DNA of 64,000 nt from Lingula anatina (GCA_051362555.1 CM120646.1:11036001-11100000); one strand, 5' to 3'. Counted from the stretch's first letter, positions 25,300-37,800 are shown. The notes: a model not told the origin generated them from the sequence alone. Translations and numbers: made by a program.

Positions 25300-25830
25300 T
25301 TAAAATGCATCAGCAATCAGTAAGTTTGCCAACTGATGACAGTTAATCTGAAAGACTACCAGCTCTTGATATGATCTAAACCACCTGAGGTGACCATGAT
25401 CTAGAGCATCGCAACTATTGTCACCGAAGTTAGTAAGTAAGTCACGGAAGACCGTCACAGACAAAGAAAGATTGTCAACGAGAGCTGCAATTTTGGTGAA
25501 TCCCACGGCAACACACCGAGGCATAACGAAAATTCCTCAACTCCGTTCAACACAACTTTCCTTAACTTCTCCGTCTGTATGCACCTGCAGCTCAGTTGAG
25601 TCTCATAGACCTTTATCGTGATTGTCGTCACAGTACCACGTGACCCAGATCTGTTGCTTCATTTTTGCATATTGAGGTGAGGTTTACTAAAACGCTTTTT
25701 TTCTACTAATAGATTGTTTTTATAATTTTTAAATGGCGGGGATCGATTAAAACATACCTCTAGTGTATAGATTGAGTGCTGTATCTTCAAAATTCGAGAA
25801 ATGGATTTTTACATGAACATTGTCCTTTAA
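25300..25830 (-). mobile_element. Possible decayed Kolobok-type transposon end with a THAP-like start
   Basis: Minus-strand terminus TTAA-AGGACAATG. About 300 bp inside, an ORF starts MPRCVAVGF, resembling the THAP N-terminus MPxCxVxGC. The other end was not found. Confidence 0.35.
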
Positions 25831-25997
25831 AATCTCTTAAGAGATTTTAACAAAAAACCGTACGTTTAGGAAAAAAACCCTGGATTAACTTTGAATGCAG
25901 GAATGGGGTCGTTGACCATTGGTAAGTACGGGAAAATTGCCGTTTTTTCCAGGAAAATCCAATTTTTGGCCAAAACGAAGAGTTATTATGACTTTAA
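25831..25997 (-). repeat. ~165-bp interspersed repeat with a TTAA-AG terminus (Kolobok-like)
   Basis: Inverted match to 50284-50450. Both copies end in the palindrome AATCTCTTAAGAGATT. Confidence 0.75.
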
Positions 25998-26669
25998 GTG
26001 TTATATTAGTCTAATTCTCAGGTAATCCTTAGGTAATCGTTGGTAATCGTAGTTGTTTTAATCTTAGTCGGTGTTCTGTTACTGTCAGAAGTCGCTTTCA
26101 TGTATATGGCTTAATGTGCCTTTCAAGCTTCACGGCATTTTCTTTAAGTTAAAATTTGGACGTCACTCTACAGGTGGCATCTCCCTGGGCTGGTCCGACT
26201 ATTTGAGTCCCACATGGCTAGTCAACTGTCTGGTACGCTGGCACTTCGCCGAGAGCAGGGTCTTTCTCGAAGCCCCATCTCTGAGATTTAAAAAATTACC
26301 AGATTGGTGGATAGTAGATATTACCATTTGTTACAAACTTAGTAAAATTTTGTCAATCCCGTGAAATATTTCGACGTGCCATCGGCCATTTTCATTTGTC
26401 TCAGATCAAAGTGACACAGGTAGATATAAAGGCACCCTCTGGACCTGTACGATGGCCTCTTAACACGACGGATTCGGTACTATTAGGGGTGGGGGGATGG
26501 GGGGGGGGGTAGCTTCGAGAACTCAGGAGTAAGGACACAATGCCAATGGGCAAATTTACTATGATATTTGGGATTTTACTAGTGACCATGAACAAAATGT
26601 CATTCGAAAAGTTACAATATTTTCAAGAAATATACACACCATTGTGCATCAATCGTCACAAAAGCATCA

Positions 26670-26756
26670 CGCCCGAACAGGGACTCGAACCCTGGACCCT
26701 CAGATACCTTGGCTATCTTTAAAAGTCTGATGCTCTACCGACTGAGCTATCCGGGC
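26670..26756 (-). tRNA. tRNA-Lys(UUU) with a 14-nt intron at position 37/38
   Basis: GCCCGGATAGCTCAGTCGGTAGAGCATCAGACTTTTA[AAGATAGCCAAGGT]ATCTGAGGGTCCAGGGTTCGAGTCCCTGTTCGGGCG. The spliced 73 nt matches the canonical metazoan tRNA-Lys3 cloverleaf. A TTTT Pol III terminator lies at 26663-26660. Confidence 0.95.
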
Positions 26757-26947
26757 GCTCTGTCCCACCTGGTGCCGATTAAAACACCTGCCCAGGTGTT
26801 TTATTTAAACAGATGTATCTAAATATTAGACTATATGACCTCAGTATCAGGATTAGGGCTTCTACGACATGATGGCTCTCACGCTATTAAAGAACGGTGG
26901 GACGATGGGGGGAGGTATGAACGACTATTTCCCCCCTCCCCCTCTCC

Positions 26948-26948
<1 letters not shown>

Positions 26949-26990
<42 letters not shown>
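26949..26990. repeat. (CA)n microsatellite
   Basis: Read directly. Confidence 0.9.
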
Positions 26991-27921
26991 GAAAGAATGT
27001 ACTCCCGGGAAATTTTTTTGGATCCGATTTAACTCAGACGAGAAGACAGATGACATAACAAGGGCCCGATGTGTCTCTCTCTCTCTTACTCTCATCATTA
27101 CTGAAATGAAACTATACATCACCTTTTCAAAATAATATTTGAGTTGGTCGTCAGTCATACTTTTCAAATTTATTATAACATGTTTCATAAACAATAATTA
27201 AATAGGGTCTATTTCACTATATAGGTGATATACAGATCCGTAGCCAGCAAATTCAAAATTGTTAAAAATTATACGATATTTTAGTCAAATCTTAATGGTT
27301 GCCAAAACCCGAAACTTAATACGTTTTATCGGATTTGGGCATATAAGTATGTACTTTCTAGAATATAAAAAATCTTAACAGTTTTTGTTTGGGACCAACA
27401 AGTCATGACACATTATTAAAAACTACACAGAATGCGGCAACGAATAAAAGCTAACATAATTTATCCACGGACATTTTTCTGTTTTTTTTTTACTTTCCTT
27501 TTTCCTTTTTCATTTTCTTTTTTTTATGATATGTCAAATAACAGTCTGTTGAATCACCGCAGGAATTCTACGTTTTTCGTGTCACTTTTGCATTCTTTCT
27601 AAGACAACATTCCCAGTGAAGTGTTTCATCCTTATCCTTGAAAAGAGAGTCCCATTTGACGTGGATTCTCGCACGTTTTATACTCACGTGTGACGTCACA
27701 AGGTGCTGACAGCCTCTTTTCAGGCTCTCTCGGATGATTCAGAGATTTCCATTCAAAATCAATGACAATAGCCTACTAAACTAGAGTTTAGTAACTACTG
27801 GTCTATATCAGAGGGAATTCCTTTCATGATACATTAGCAACATTTCCTTTAACGAAACAACTTCAGATTTTTTCTTGGCTCAAATGGCTCAAAGAAAAAA
27901 CAAGTTTTGGTCAACGATTTT

Positions 27922-28197
27922 CAGGCCTACCCAACTACCAGACTCTGCACATAAGGATCCTGAATTAACCGGTATATCGGACCACACTACCCGTTTTCAA
28001 GGTGTGTGTCAGATCGCATTTCGGAGTATCATACCCCAGAACAAATTTTGTAGGACGACCGTGGGCTCATCCTGTCGGTGTTCTGACTGATACTCCGAAA
28101 TGCGATCAGACACACACCTTGAAAACGGGTAGTGTGGTCCGATATACCGGTTAATTCAGGATCCTTATGTGCAGAGTCTGGTAGTTGGGTAGGCCTG
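27922..28197. mobile_element. Foldback MITE with ~110-bp nearly perfect TIRs and a possible 5-bp TSD (ATTTT)
   Basis: Arms at 27922-28031 and 28088-28197 differ at one position by eye. CAG...CTG ends. Confidence 0.9.
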
Positions 28198-28240
28198 ATT
28201 TTGGACAATCTTCCTTTTGTGAAACAGGCCCCAGTTTAAC

Positions 28241-28264
28241 CAAGGAGTTATAACAGACTCCTTG
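28241..28264. mobile_element. P-like element excision footprint (17 bp of left TIR plus 7 bp of right TIR)
   Basis: GTTTAAC-CAAGGAGTTATAACAGA-CTCCTTG-GTTTAAC. Same TIR as 1726/12326, with its own 7-bp TSD. Confidence 0.85.
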
Positions 28265-29578
28265 GTTTAACTAATTCTTTTAAGACACGTTACGTAACTT
28301 TTAACAGCGTGACGGACATCGACCCCTTTCTGTCATCACTTAAGTTCTGCTGGTACCAGTCCGACTGTCCTGTTACGATGACTTCAGTTACTGTCATTTT
28401 ACTTTCTCTTCAGCAACAAGTGCATAATTACATACGTGGAAAGAAAAAATACCACTGGCTTGGGAATGATGAGGATAAACATATTATTAACTCGTCAAGA
28501 GTATTTGGAGATTTGGCGTAATGGTAAAATGTATTATGTATGTTGAAAATGAAGACTTTGGGAGATCAATTCATCAACAAACGCAGCTTGGTAGATAGAA
28601 TAATATCTAAACTGTGACCACACCTTTCATTTCGAGTTAACAGAAGTAGAGGCAAAATGAAACTCATGAAATTTACAGGGGCAAAAGCATGTTTTCGGAT
28701 CGAAGTTCTCAAAGCAATCGAATTATGTCTTAACGAAATTCATGGCAATTTCTCCAGTTATTTTTTATTTTACTACCAGTGGAATTAAGATATTTTAGAC
28801 TGGACCTATGTAGCATGATGTTAATCGATCGTAAAATTCCTTTCGTTTTAGTTCGACGCAATGTGTCACCAGTGCGAGTAAATGGTCACTCCATTAGTAA
28901 AGATGTGCTTTCACTTTATTTTCTCTTTCTGTTTGCACGTGCTACCTTTTTAAAATAGGTTGTGTGACATCTTCATGTGTCATTAAAACGTAAAAAATGT
29001 AACTTCAAATGAATCATATAACTTTTGTTTGTGTTTCTGCCTTCGTTATCTCTGAAACTGTCTGCATTTCTATCAGAAATAATTGTATTGCAATTTCACC
29101 TTTTGTCTAGAAATAGATAAAGATAGCTGTGGTTCCCGGTCTGTAGCCAGCAATTTCAAGGGGTTGGGTTTGGAAATGTGTAAACAATAAATCACGATAA
29201 CAATAGTGCCCGTCCTCAGTTTCATTAACATAGTTTGGCTCTCTCTCCATGCAAAGTGCTGCCCCCCACCTGTAGCTCGTTTCCGCCTTCACTAATTCCA
29301 AGTCGTGCAAGGCACCTGTTAGCATATGACGGTTACACTTCACATAATGACATATTGTAGAAAGTTAACTCCCCCTGCTAACCCCCCTTTTACTGTGGAA
29401 AATCACTAGTTAGGGTTGGATATATGTTGACGCCTCTTTGCGTACAACGTTCAAGATAATGGTAAGGGAGGGTATGGGTAAAATGAAGTTACATAAGCTT
29501 AAAATTATCGATCATTTTGTCAACGAAATAAGGTAGTCTGATGGGTGGGTGATCATAAACCATAACCACAAGAACCCA

Positions 29579-29584
29579 TATAAA
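29579..29584 (+). promoter_or_regulatory. Candidate TATA box of the peptide precursor gene
   Basis: TATAAA about 100 bp upstream of the ATG at 29678. Confidence 0.5.
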
Positions 29585-29677
29585 GCCAAGTTTTGCACAA
29601 AAAGAGTGTATTCCAAAGCTGACTACAATCGAAGTTTGAACGACATTTGATCTACAGTTAGTACGCACGTTTTCAGC

Positions 29678-29811
29678 ATGGGAAAGGTTGCGATTTTTGC
29701 GGTTTTGCTGGCGACAATGTTATTGGTGGAAATGTTCGCTGGTTCTGAAGGTATGTTCTTTGTCTCATATTTATTCGTGCCAATGTTTCAACGTGTAATT
29801 AACTTTTTGCA

Positions 29812-29873
<62 letters not shown>

Positions 29874-30693
29874 CTATTTATTTATTTATGAGTGCGAAAT
29901 GCATTTTGACTTTCTATTTACGTCTTATGTCAACTTCATAGTTTCCTTTCATTTAAAGCATTACATCCAAAATTCTAAAACGAATTTACGGTCTGAACAG
30001 TAGCCTATACTCGTCTTTATGGGCTTCTGCAATATATCGAGTTTCGGTGTTGTTTTACAACTGTTAAGTCCAAATATTCCAAATGTATTTATAACATATT
30101 CACGGCACATAAGACTTATCAATTTTCCAAAGATATGTTCATTTTCATATTTGTTGTCATTTCATTCATAACCCAAAAGATATTTTTAACTGAAAACTAC
30201 CATTTATCCTTTGTGCATAGCTTACATCCTCAGACGAATATTAGGAAGAAGACGCTATGGGCTTCAGGACAGAGGAGACAGCCCGATGCAGGACGAGGTA
30301 GGTCAATGACCTATGCATGCTTTGCCAAATTAAACGCTCCGTCAGGCCACAGATTATTGCGTAGCAGTAAAAGTCAAGTGTTATATTAACATCTCAGTCA
30401 ACGTAATGTTTGTCATTTTGATTTCTCCAAATCTTCAGTGTTCATTTCCACAACGTAACGGACTTTTAAGAGATAAATGCTGACATGTAGTTATACATTT
30501 GCTTGCTAAAATACTGGTCGGTTTTAAGGGTTGTATCTCTGGCAGCATTCACAATATGGATTCTTCTCCGCGTTTCTTTTTTTAGCAGAACCAGCTGTCC
30601 GACAATGAACGCGATATGGTCAATAAAGCCCTCAGAGATTTGTTTGCCAGAGAGATGGACGTTTATAATAACAAAGAAGACGATGCCAAATAA
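29678..30693 (+). CDS. Small secreted peptide precursor, 85 aa; exons 29678-29750, 30221-30297, 30586-30693
   Basis: Spliced product MGKVAIFAVLLATMLLVEMFAGSEA-YILRRILGRRRYGLQDRGDSPMQDEQNQLSDNERDMVNKALRDLFAREMDVYNNKEDDAK*. GT-AG introns in matching phases, a TATA box upstream and AATAAA near 30752. Confidence 0.75.
29813..29868. repeat. (TA)n microsatellite
   Basis: Read directly. Confidence 0.9.
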
Positions 30694-30894
30694 AGCCAGA
30701 TAACTTTCCACGACGCATACTCACATTAAGTGAGAAGGGGCTATAGACTCAAATAAAAAATCTAAAGAGATGATAATTTTCAACCTAATAATGTTCCACT
30801 AAAACACTGTTTATAGAGCAGAATTACTGTTTTCATATATCCACAAGTTGCTGTCTTTTGGGAGAGAAATGTTCAACTGCAAAATAGGAGTTAC

Positions 30895-30923
30895 CAAGGA
30901 GTTATAACAGTAATAACTCCTTG
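30895..30923. mobile_element. P-like element excision footprint (16 bp of left TIR, 2-nt filler, 11 bp of right TIR)
   Basis: GAGTTAC-CAAGGAGTTATAACAG-TA-ATAACTCCTTG-GAGTTAC, with a 7-bp TSD. Confidence 0.85.
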
Positions 30924-31246
30924 GAGTTACCAATCTTTACACTAATTTACATCTATTAAGTTTTTGTGACTTGTGCATTGTACAAATTGCTGAATGTAAG
31001 AAAAGATATATGAAATGTGCAATATAACGAGAAGACAAGACTGAATGATCATGAGTAAATTTGATACAGAAAAACCAGAAAGAGCATGTCTAGCGTAGGC
31101 CTACGAATTTAAATCTAAAGGTTCTTGAATACCAACATTGTTTTTTGTGCGCCCTGCTTTTGTAAACACTGTATGGCGTCAATAAATCAATAATATATAA
31201 TTTCCATATTATTATTATTATTTGCCGGTAAAGTGGCACTGTAAAT

Positions 31247-31524
31247 AGCGGTGGATTTATGGGGGTGTCAGGGAGGTTCCTGACCCCCTTCGATTTCTGA
31301 AAAAAATCATGCCAATGGTCCCCTCTTGAAATTAGACTTTTGACTAGCTGAATCATACACATAGTTCTAAACCATACCAAGTGTTACCGTTCGCCCCCTA
31401 AAATGCCCCCCCCCCCCCCCCCCCCCCACTCACCGGTCCCTTCAGCGAGCCCTGGACCACACACCAAGGGGGGGGTCGATTTCGCTTCCGCGGACTCCCA
31501 TTAACAAAATCCTGGATCCGCCCC
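31247..31524. mobile_element. Degenerate GC-rich MITE (hAT-like GGGGCGGATCCAGGA end)
   Basis: Ends in AAAATCCTGGATCCGCCCCT, has a degenerate inverse GCGGTGGATTTA at the left and internal poly-C/poly-G tracts. Confidence 0.5.
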
Positions 31525-31527
31525 TTA

Positions 31528-31558
<31 letters not shown>

Positions 31559-34500
31559 TTTATTTTCTGACATCACCAGAAGAAAAAGTTCCGATTTCAA
31601 TTAAATAATAAGCCTACACCTTCACTAGCACATTGACTTACTGGACTGACTAATTTGAAGCGCATGCGTCACGCACTCCCCAGGTGGCGCAGCCATCGCG
31701 TGCTTCATTGGTAATTGGGTCAGATATTATTGCGTTCATTTCAATATGGCACAGGCAGGCAAGTGATAACAAGGTAAGGTAACGGTGTGGTTAACCGTAG
31801 AATATTTGTGATATAGCCAGAGTTTTGGTCCATATGTCGTTGTTAAACTTGATGGGATATTACTGTGGCATATGGGGTGAGTTAAACTTTTAGGGGGGAT
31901 TTAGTAGATTAAGTTACGGCGGTGAATTTGTTTTTTTCTGCAAGACTTTGTTTGATTAACTAAATTCTAGTTCAGGTATTATTTTACCTACAAAACGAGT
32001 TATGAAGTGGATTGCAGGGTCAATAACTAGTCACTGGATCGATGAAATGTTCATTTATGTTAAGAATGTACAAGGGAGATGTTTTTAGTAAGACTTTAAT
32101 GTGGTGTTAGTTCGTTCTACATTGATTCATAACTGTATGGCAGGTGGGCAATCGGTGTACTTTTCGTCCTTGGCAAATTAGGTCACGAAAAGCTTCTACC
32201 TGTCCGCTACTCAGATGCAAGTCAGCATCTTTTCTTCTTAACTACGATGTAGGTTACGAATTCTAGGCATCACTTTTTACTACACACGGTATTTTGTAGT
32301 ATATATTAACGTTTGAATTATTTAGATAGCAAGATCGACAGGTAACTTCTTGTCCGTCTCATTCCAAGGCGATGAGTCATACAGGTGAGAAAGATGATTG
32401 ATAATAATTAGTAATTAATGCTACTGAAAGGAACCGGAAAGTGTCCACTCCTCAGTTTCTAGATTTGGTTCATCTCTGATTTTATTAAAATCCATTTGGA
32501 CAGGATAACATGAAGTCAAAGAAATTGCAATATCATGACCTAGTACAGAAAAATCTACACAGGTAGATTAACAGCACTTGACTATTGTTGATAATGGCTA
32601 ATATTCCGATTGATATGATATATGGTAGTTGGGATATAGGGCCACATGAAACTTGGTGACTGTCATGTGTTATGGGAGAATTAATAAGTTGCTGACAGAA
32701 AAGCCACAGCAGTATAAATAAGGAGTTGTGTTTATATAACTACAGGAGATACTTAGCCTGAGAGAGAAAGAGAGAGAATGCTTTTATATGATATGTTTTC
32801 TGATATATCTAAGCATTCAACCCAACTTTGTGTCCAAAATTTCTCTTTCTCTCTGACAGAGCCAGATAAAATGTAGATAGTTCATTCTTTAGGAGCACTT
32901 ATGCACACACACACTAGCTCACAAAGTGAATCACATGCACATTACTACATCTGCCTGGTTCTCTCCTGCTGGTAGCTATCTAAACTGCACCAGATAGTGT
33001 TCGTAGAGTAATATTATCACTCCTTTACTAGTAATTGTTAGCTTGTGTATAGCTAGATCATTATCAGTCTTGAAAAAGAACAGGTCTAAAAACACACAAG
33101 AGACCTGCGGTGTGTTTGAGGACAGTGATGAAGAGTATGTTGTGTAACTCGGGCGATTATTCTTTTCTTGGGTCATGAGACAGTTGCTGTCAACATACTA
33201 TATGTGCAGCATGCTTAAACCTGGGTAAAGATGCTATCTTCTGCATGTGTCTATACAGTACGTGCATGACTTGAATCTTTGGATAGGAGACCAAGATTAA
33301 TTTCTTGTAAGAAAAACTATATTACCTGAATTTTTATTTGTATGTGACAGAGGTTGAAAAGCAGAATCAATAAAGTAACTACTAGTACTATTACCTCTCC
33401 CTACCACAGTGCACTTTCTGGGGTTTCTTCTGTACATTACACAGTTGGCTTCAGTATAGAGACAACAAACATAACATCGAGTCCTACAGTATGCCTGATG
33501 CATATCAAGTAGGTGATATAATGTCAGTTAAGTTCCAAAATAAAAAAGGACCCTTCTTCTTAAGTTTTTATCATACACCTTCCTTGAATATCCAGTTTTA
33601 CAAAAATTATTGATTTTGTCTCTGGTACTGTGGTCTAATAATTAGCTACCATCTGCCTTTTTTTTTTTTTTTTTTTTTTTTGTTGATTGCAAATTTCTTT
33701 CATTGCCATCTTCATGCTTTGTGTTAGTCAGCACTGTTCATTATTCAAAGGGACGGGGCAATCAGCGAAGTCTGGAAAGTGGCAGTTGCTATAATTATGG
33801 TTTAGAAAGCAATTTGTTTCTGAATGTCTATGCCATTTGTCCTGCTGGACACCAGTCTCCATAATCCATACATGATGTAAATTGAACATGAAAACTTCAT
33901 TCAAATGAAAACAACACTTTCTTGGGTACAAACATAAATAAAATGAAGATTTCTAGTCATTTGCAGTGATTTATTGTGCATTTTGAACAGTAAAGGGTAG
34001 ACCACAGTGCGGGAGATACTGATGTTGAATGGTGTTAATTTTCATTAAGACACACTCTGCTCGAATCCACATTACAGTTACTGTAGTTGGTGATCTACAC
34101 TGGCAAAGAAAATGCCCAAAGTTCCAGACAATACCATTAAGACTGTATTACCAAAATATTCAACCAAAGGGTCTAAAATCAACCTGGAAAATGGGCTCTT
34201 TTCTGAGAACTTGATCTTTTCCCAACACTGCAATTTAACACTTTTTCAAGCATAAATATGCACAAAATTGAGATGGATCACACACCTGACCCCATGCAGG
34301 CATATATTTATGGTACTATTTCTTAGTACTACACATCACAATAATCATCAGCTTTTATTGGTTTAGCTAGTCAGTTGTTATCTCTCTACACATTAGCTGT
34401 GCCATCTGTCTTCATGTTTAGTGTTCTCCAGGGCACCATCGCTGGTTAACCACAAAGAGATGGTATTACACTTTCTCCACCCCCCCCCCCCCCAAAGTCT

Positions 34501-34894
34501 TATTTACCATTCATTTCTAATATATTGAATGTGAAGTTGAGTGCAGTCTGTAAGGAGCTCAGAGAGAGATAACCACTTTTCATATACTCTAATGAATGAG
34601 GTTTATTTTTGCTTGATTTAAGTTGCTAATCATATGCATTGTCATGTACACTAACATGTTTATTGACACATTATTGTTTTGCTAAATTAAATTTACTTTT
34701 TTCTATCCCTGCACAATACAGCATAATGCTGCATTTTTTAGAATAAATATATATTGATTATTTATTTTGCAGATACTGGATCAAAGGGGAATCAACAAAG
34801 TGAAAAAAAGTCACAACAAGAGGAGAGACAAGTTCTGAGATATTGATATATATACACAGTTTGCATAAATTGACGTGACAATTATCCTTTCACT

Positions 34895-37800
34895 ATGGGG
34901 GACTTAAAATGCCTGATAATGGTGCTTGTGTTAGGGACAGTGAACTCCCAGAGTAATAGGACTAACAACACCGGCAGTGTGTCTACATCTTCAACAACAA
35001 TGTCGCCAACAACACTGAAACCTACAGGCACTGTTAATACGTCAGTCACCATTCCATCAGCTGCTTCACAAAATTATTCTTCTACAACCACGGCAGCAGC
35101 ATCTTCAACAGTGAAAGACGACTCAAGCCAAACGCCTAGAGGATTTCTCACTCCAACTTTACCGCCGAGAACCACAACTACTGTCATGACAACCAGCACC
35201 TTAGCACCCGCAAACTGCAGTATTTGTGGCGTGCAATGTAATAACCAGTATGAACCTGTTTGTTCAAATCTCGACTTTAAACAGATACCAAATACACTTG
35301 GTAATATACGATCACTTGACGCTTCCAATAATTCTATAGTAGAGATCTCAAACAACAGTCTCCCCTATCCCAATCTTCTGTACCTTTTCTTGTCCCACAA
35401 CCACATATCACGTTTCCAAGAAGGTTGCTTTGATCGCACACAAGTTCTGGAACATCTGGACCTGAATTACAACTTGATCACTCAGCATACCTTTAGTACC
35501 CAAACCGTGTTTGCAGGCACGCCGAGTCTTAAAGAGCTGCTGTTGCGTGGCAATATGATCACTGTGCTGAGCAAAAAGATGCTGGACTGGGAGCTGTTGA
35601 AGGACCTGGAGCAGTTGGACTTAAGCTGGAACCGTATTATGCACTGTGATAACAATGCTTTGATAAATTTTGACCAATTGAAGAACCTTAACCTGAGTCA
35701 CAACAAGATTGCAAGGATAGAGGTAGACGCCATAATGAACAACAAGCGATTACAAGTCTTGGACTTGAGTTACAATAAGTTGAACAGGCTTCAGGGTGTC
35801 TTTTCTACCCTCAAAAACCTGAATACCCTCTACCTGGACTACAATCAAATTGACCTTCTTGACAGAGAACTATTTACAGATCTGAAAAACTTGAAACTGG
35901 TGAGCCTCTCCCACAACCGTCTGACGTCCAATCCAGATCAATTTCCACCAATGATATTCTACAAGCTGTCAGTCGCGACTTTGAATCTGGGATACAACAA
36001 TTTCATGGAATTCCCTACTGCCCTAGGGGGAGCCAATGTGACCTCCCTTGATTTCAGTGGGAATCCCCTAAAGGAACTTCACAGGGACTCATTCCAGTTG
36101 AGGGTGCAGACACACCTTAAAGCATTTAGCCTTAACTACTGCCCAAATTTGGAGAGGGTTACACTTGAGTCTTTCTTGAATTTCACAGGTTGGTGTTGAT
36201 TTTAAATTAATCCAGTAAGACAGTTTCATAGATTATATTTTCTACACTTAATGATGACACATTAGAAATTCCAGTTTTATTTGAGGTAGATTAATTGATT
36301 TCAAAACTTGGTTGTTTTATACAGTCCCCGGCCTTGTACAACCTGTGAGGTCTTGTTAAACTACATTACATATATGAATATCTGTGAATTTACAATACAG
36401 ATATTTTTGTAGATGTCATATGACAATTATGTATGATAAATCCATGATGAATGTTAGTGTGCACCATCTTTCTCTGAAATAATCCTTTGATTTGCTCTCA
36501 ATTTTACAGCATTGGTGAACATTTCCATTGCAAATAATCCAAAGCTGACCAAGGTTGTTGCAGAGGAAGAAGAGGAACCTGGCCACCTTCAAACCCTCCG
36601 CCATGTTTCCTTTCGCAATAACTCCCTGGAATCTGTCAGTGAATTTTTGTTGCCATGGCAACAGCTTCAGTATGCCGACCTGAGAGACAATCCATGGAGG
36701 TGTGATTGTAATCTTCGCTGGATGCTGAGAGTAGAGGTTATTGAGCCACACAATGAGTCTCTGATGTAAGTAAGAGTCCACTGCCGTAACTATATCCCGC
36801 TCTGGGGACAGTTTTACTTACAGACTTAAGACTCAAGGCTGCTCTTAGCTTTTAGACCAAACTATTTTCATCTGCTTCAGTTTAGGATGAATTTATAATG
36901 GTCCACTTCTTTATCAGTAATGATGGTATTGGTGTAAGATATTTTGATGCCCTTTCCTTTCTTTCTTCAAAATGGGTGCTATATAACTCTTACAAAGACC
37001 ACTGTATTGATTTATCTCCAGTCAAAGAATTATGATATGAAAGATTAGACCAGTTTTAGATGTTAAGTTCTTTTGAAACTGGATCTTTGTTTTAAATGCA
37101 GACTGATTATTTTTGTATACAGATGTACAGGCTTTTTTTTTTTTTTTTTGTAAATAACTAGGCCCCTAACATAGTTAACACTCACAATATTAGTATGAAT
37201 TTTTATCAAATTGCTGAACTGAGAATTAATAAGAAAAACCTGAATTTGCATAGATAATAAATATTAAGTATGGGGATATCAAAACCCCTTGACTTCGGTA
37301 CTTTTTTTAACAAGGCTTGCCAGGTTTAGAGTAATGTTTGAGTGGTAGATGTAAATTTTTTATGCATGATATATTATATCCAGCCTGAGTTACAGGCTTA
37401 ATGCCTGCCATCTTCTTCATGTTCCATTTCCATAGGTGTGCATATAGGGAGATTTTAAAAATTAAAATAACATGCCAAGTATGGGAACTGAAGCTCAGGG
37501 CAAAGTTTTTCCTGACAACATCTTTTTTTTTTACAAATAAAAATTTGAAATTTTTTTAAATTCCAGATGTGCTGCGCCACCCCATCTGGCAGGTGACCAC
37601 ATATTGAGTGTTAAGTGGGAAGATTTTGCATGTTTCCACGAACTTTGGGCCACGATCACGCGACGTCAAATCACCATTGGTGTGGTGTCTGCCATTATTG
37701 TGGTGCTGACGGTCATTGGTGCAGTTTTCATGTACAGAAATAAGTGGAAGCTGCCTGGACTTTACAAGAAGGTTGGAAAGTACGCCAACATGGAGGAGAG

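Noticed and set aside
26835-27194. ORFs with HTHT/CVCV runs (also the ERER and YIYI ORFs elsewhere)
   Set aside because: These are translations of microsatellites.
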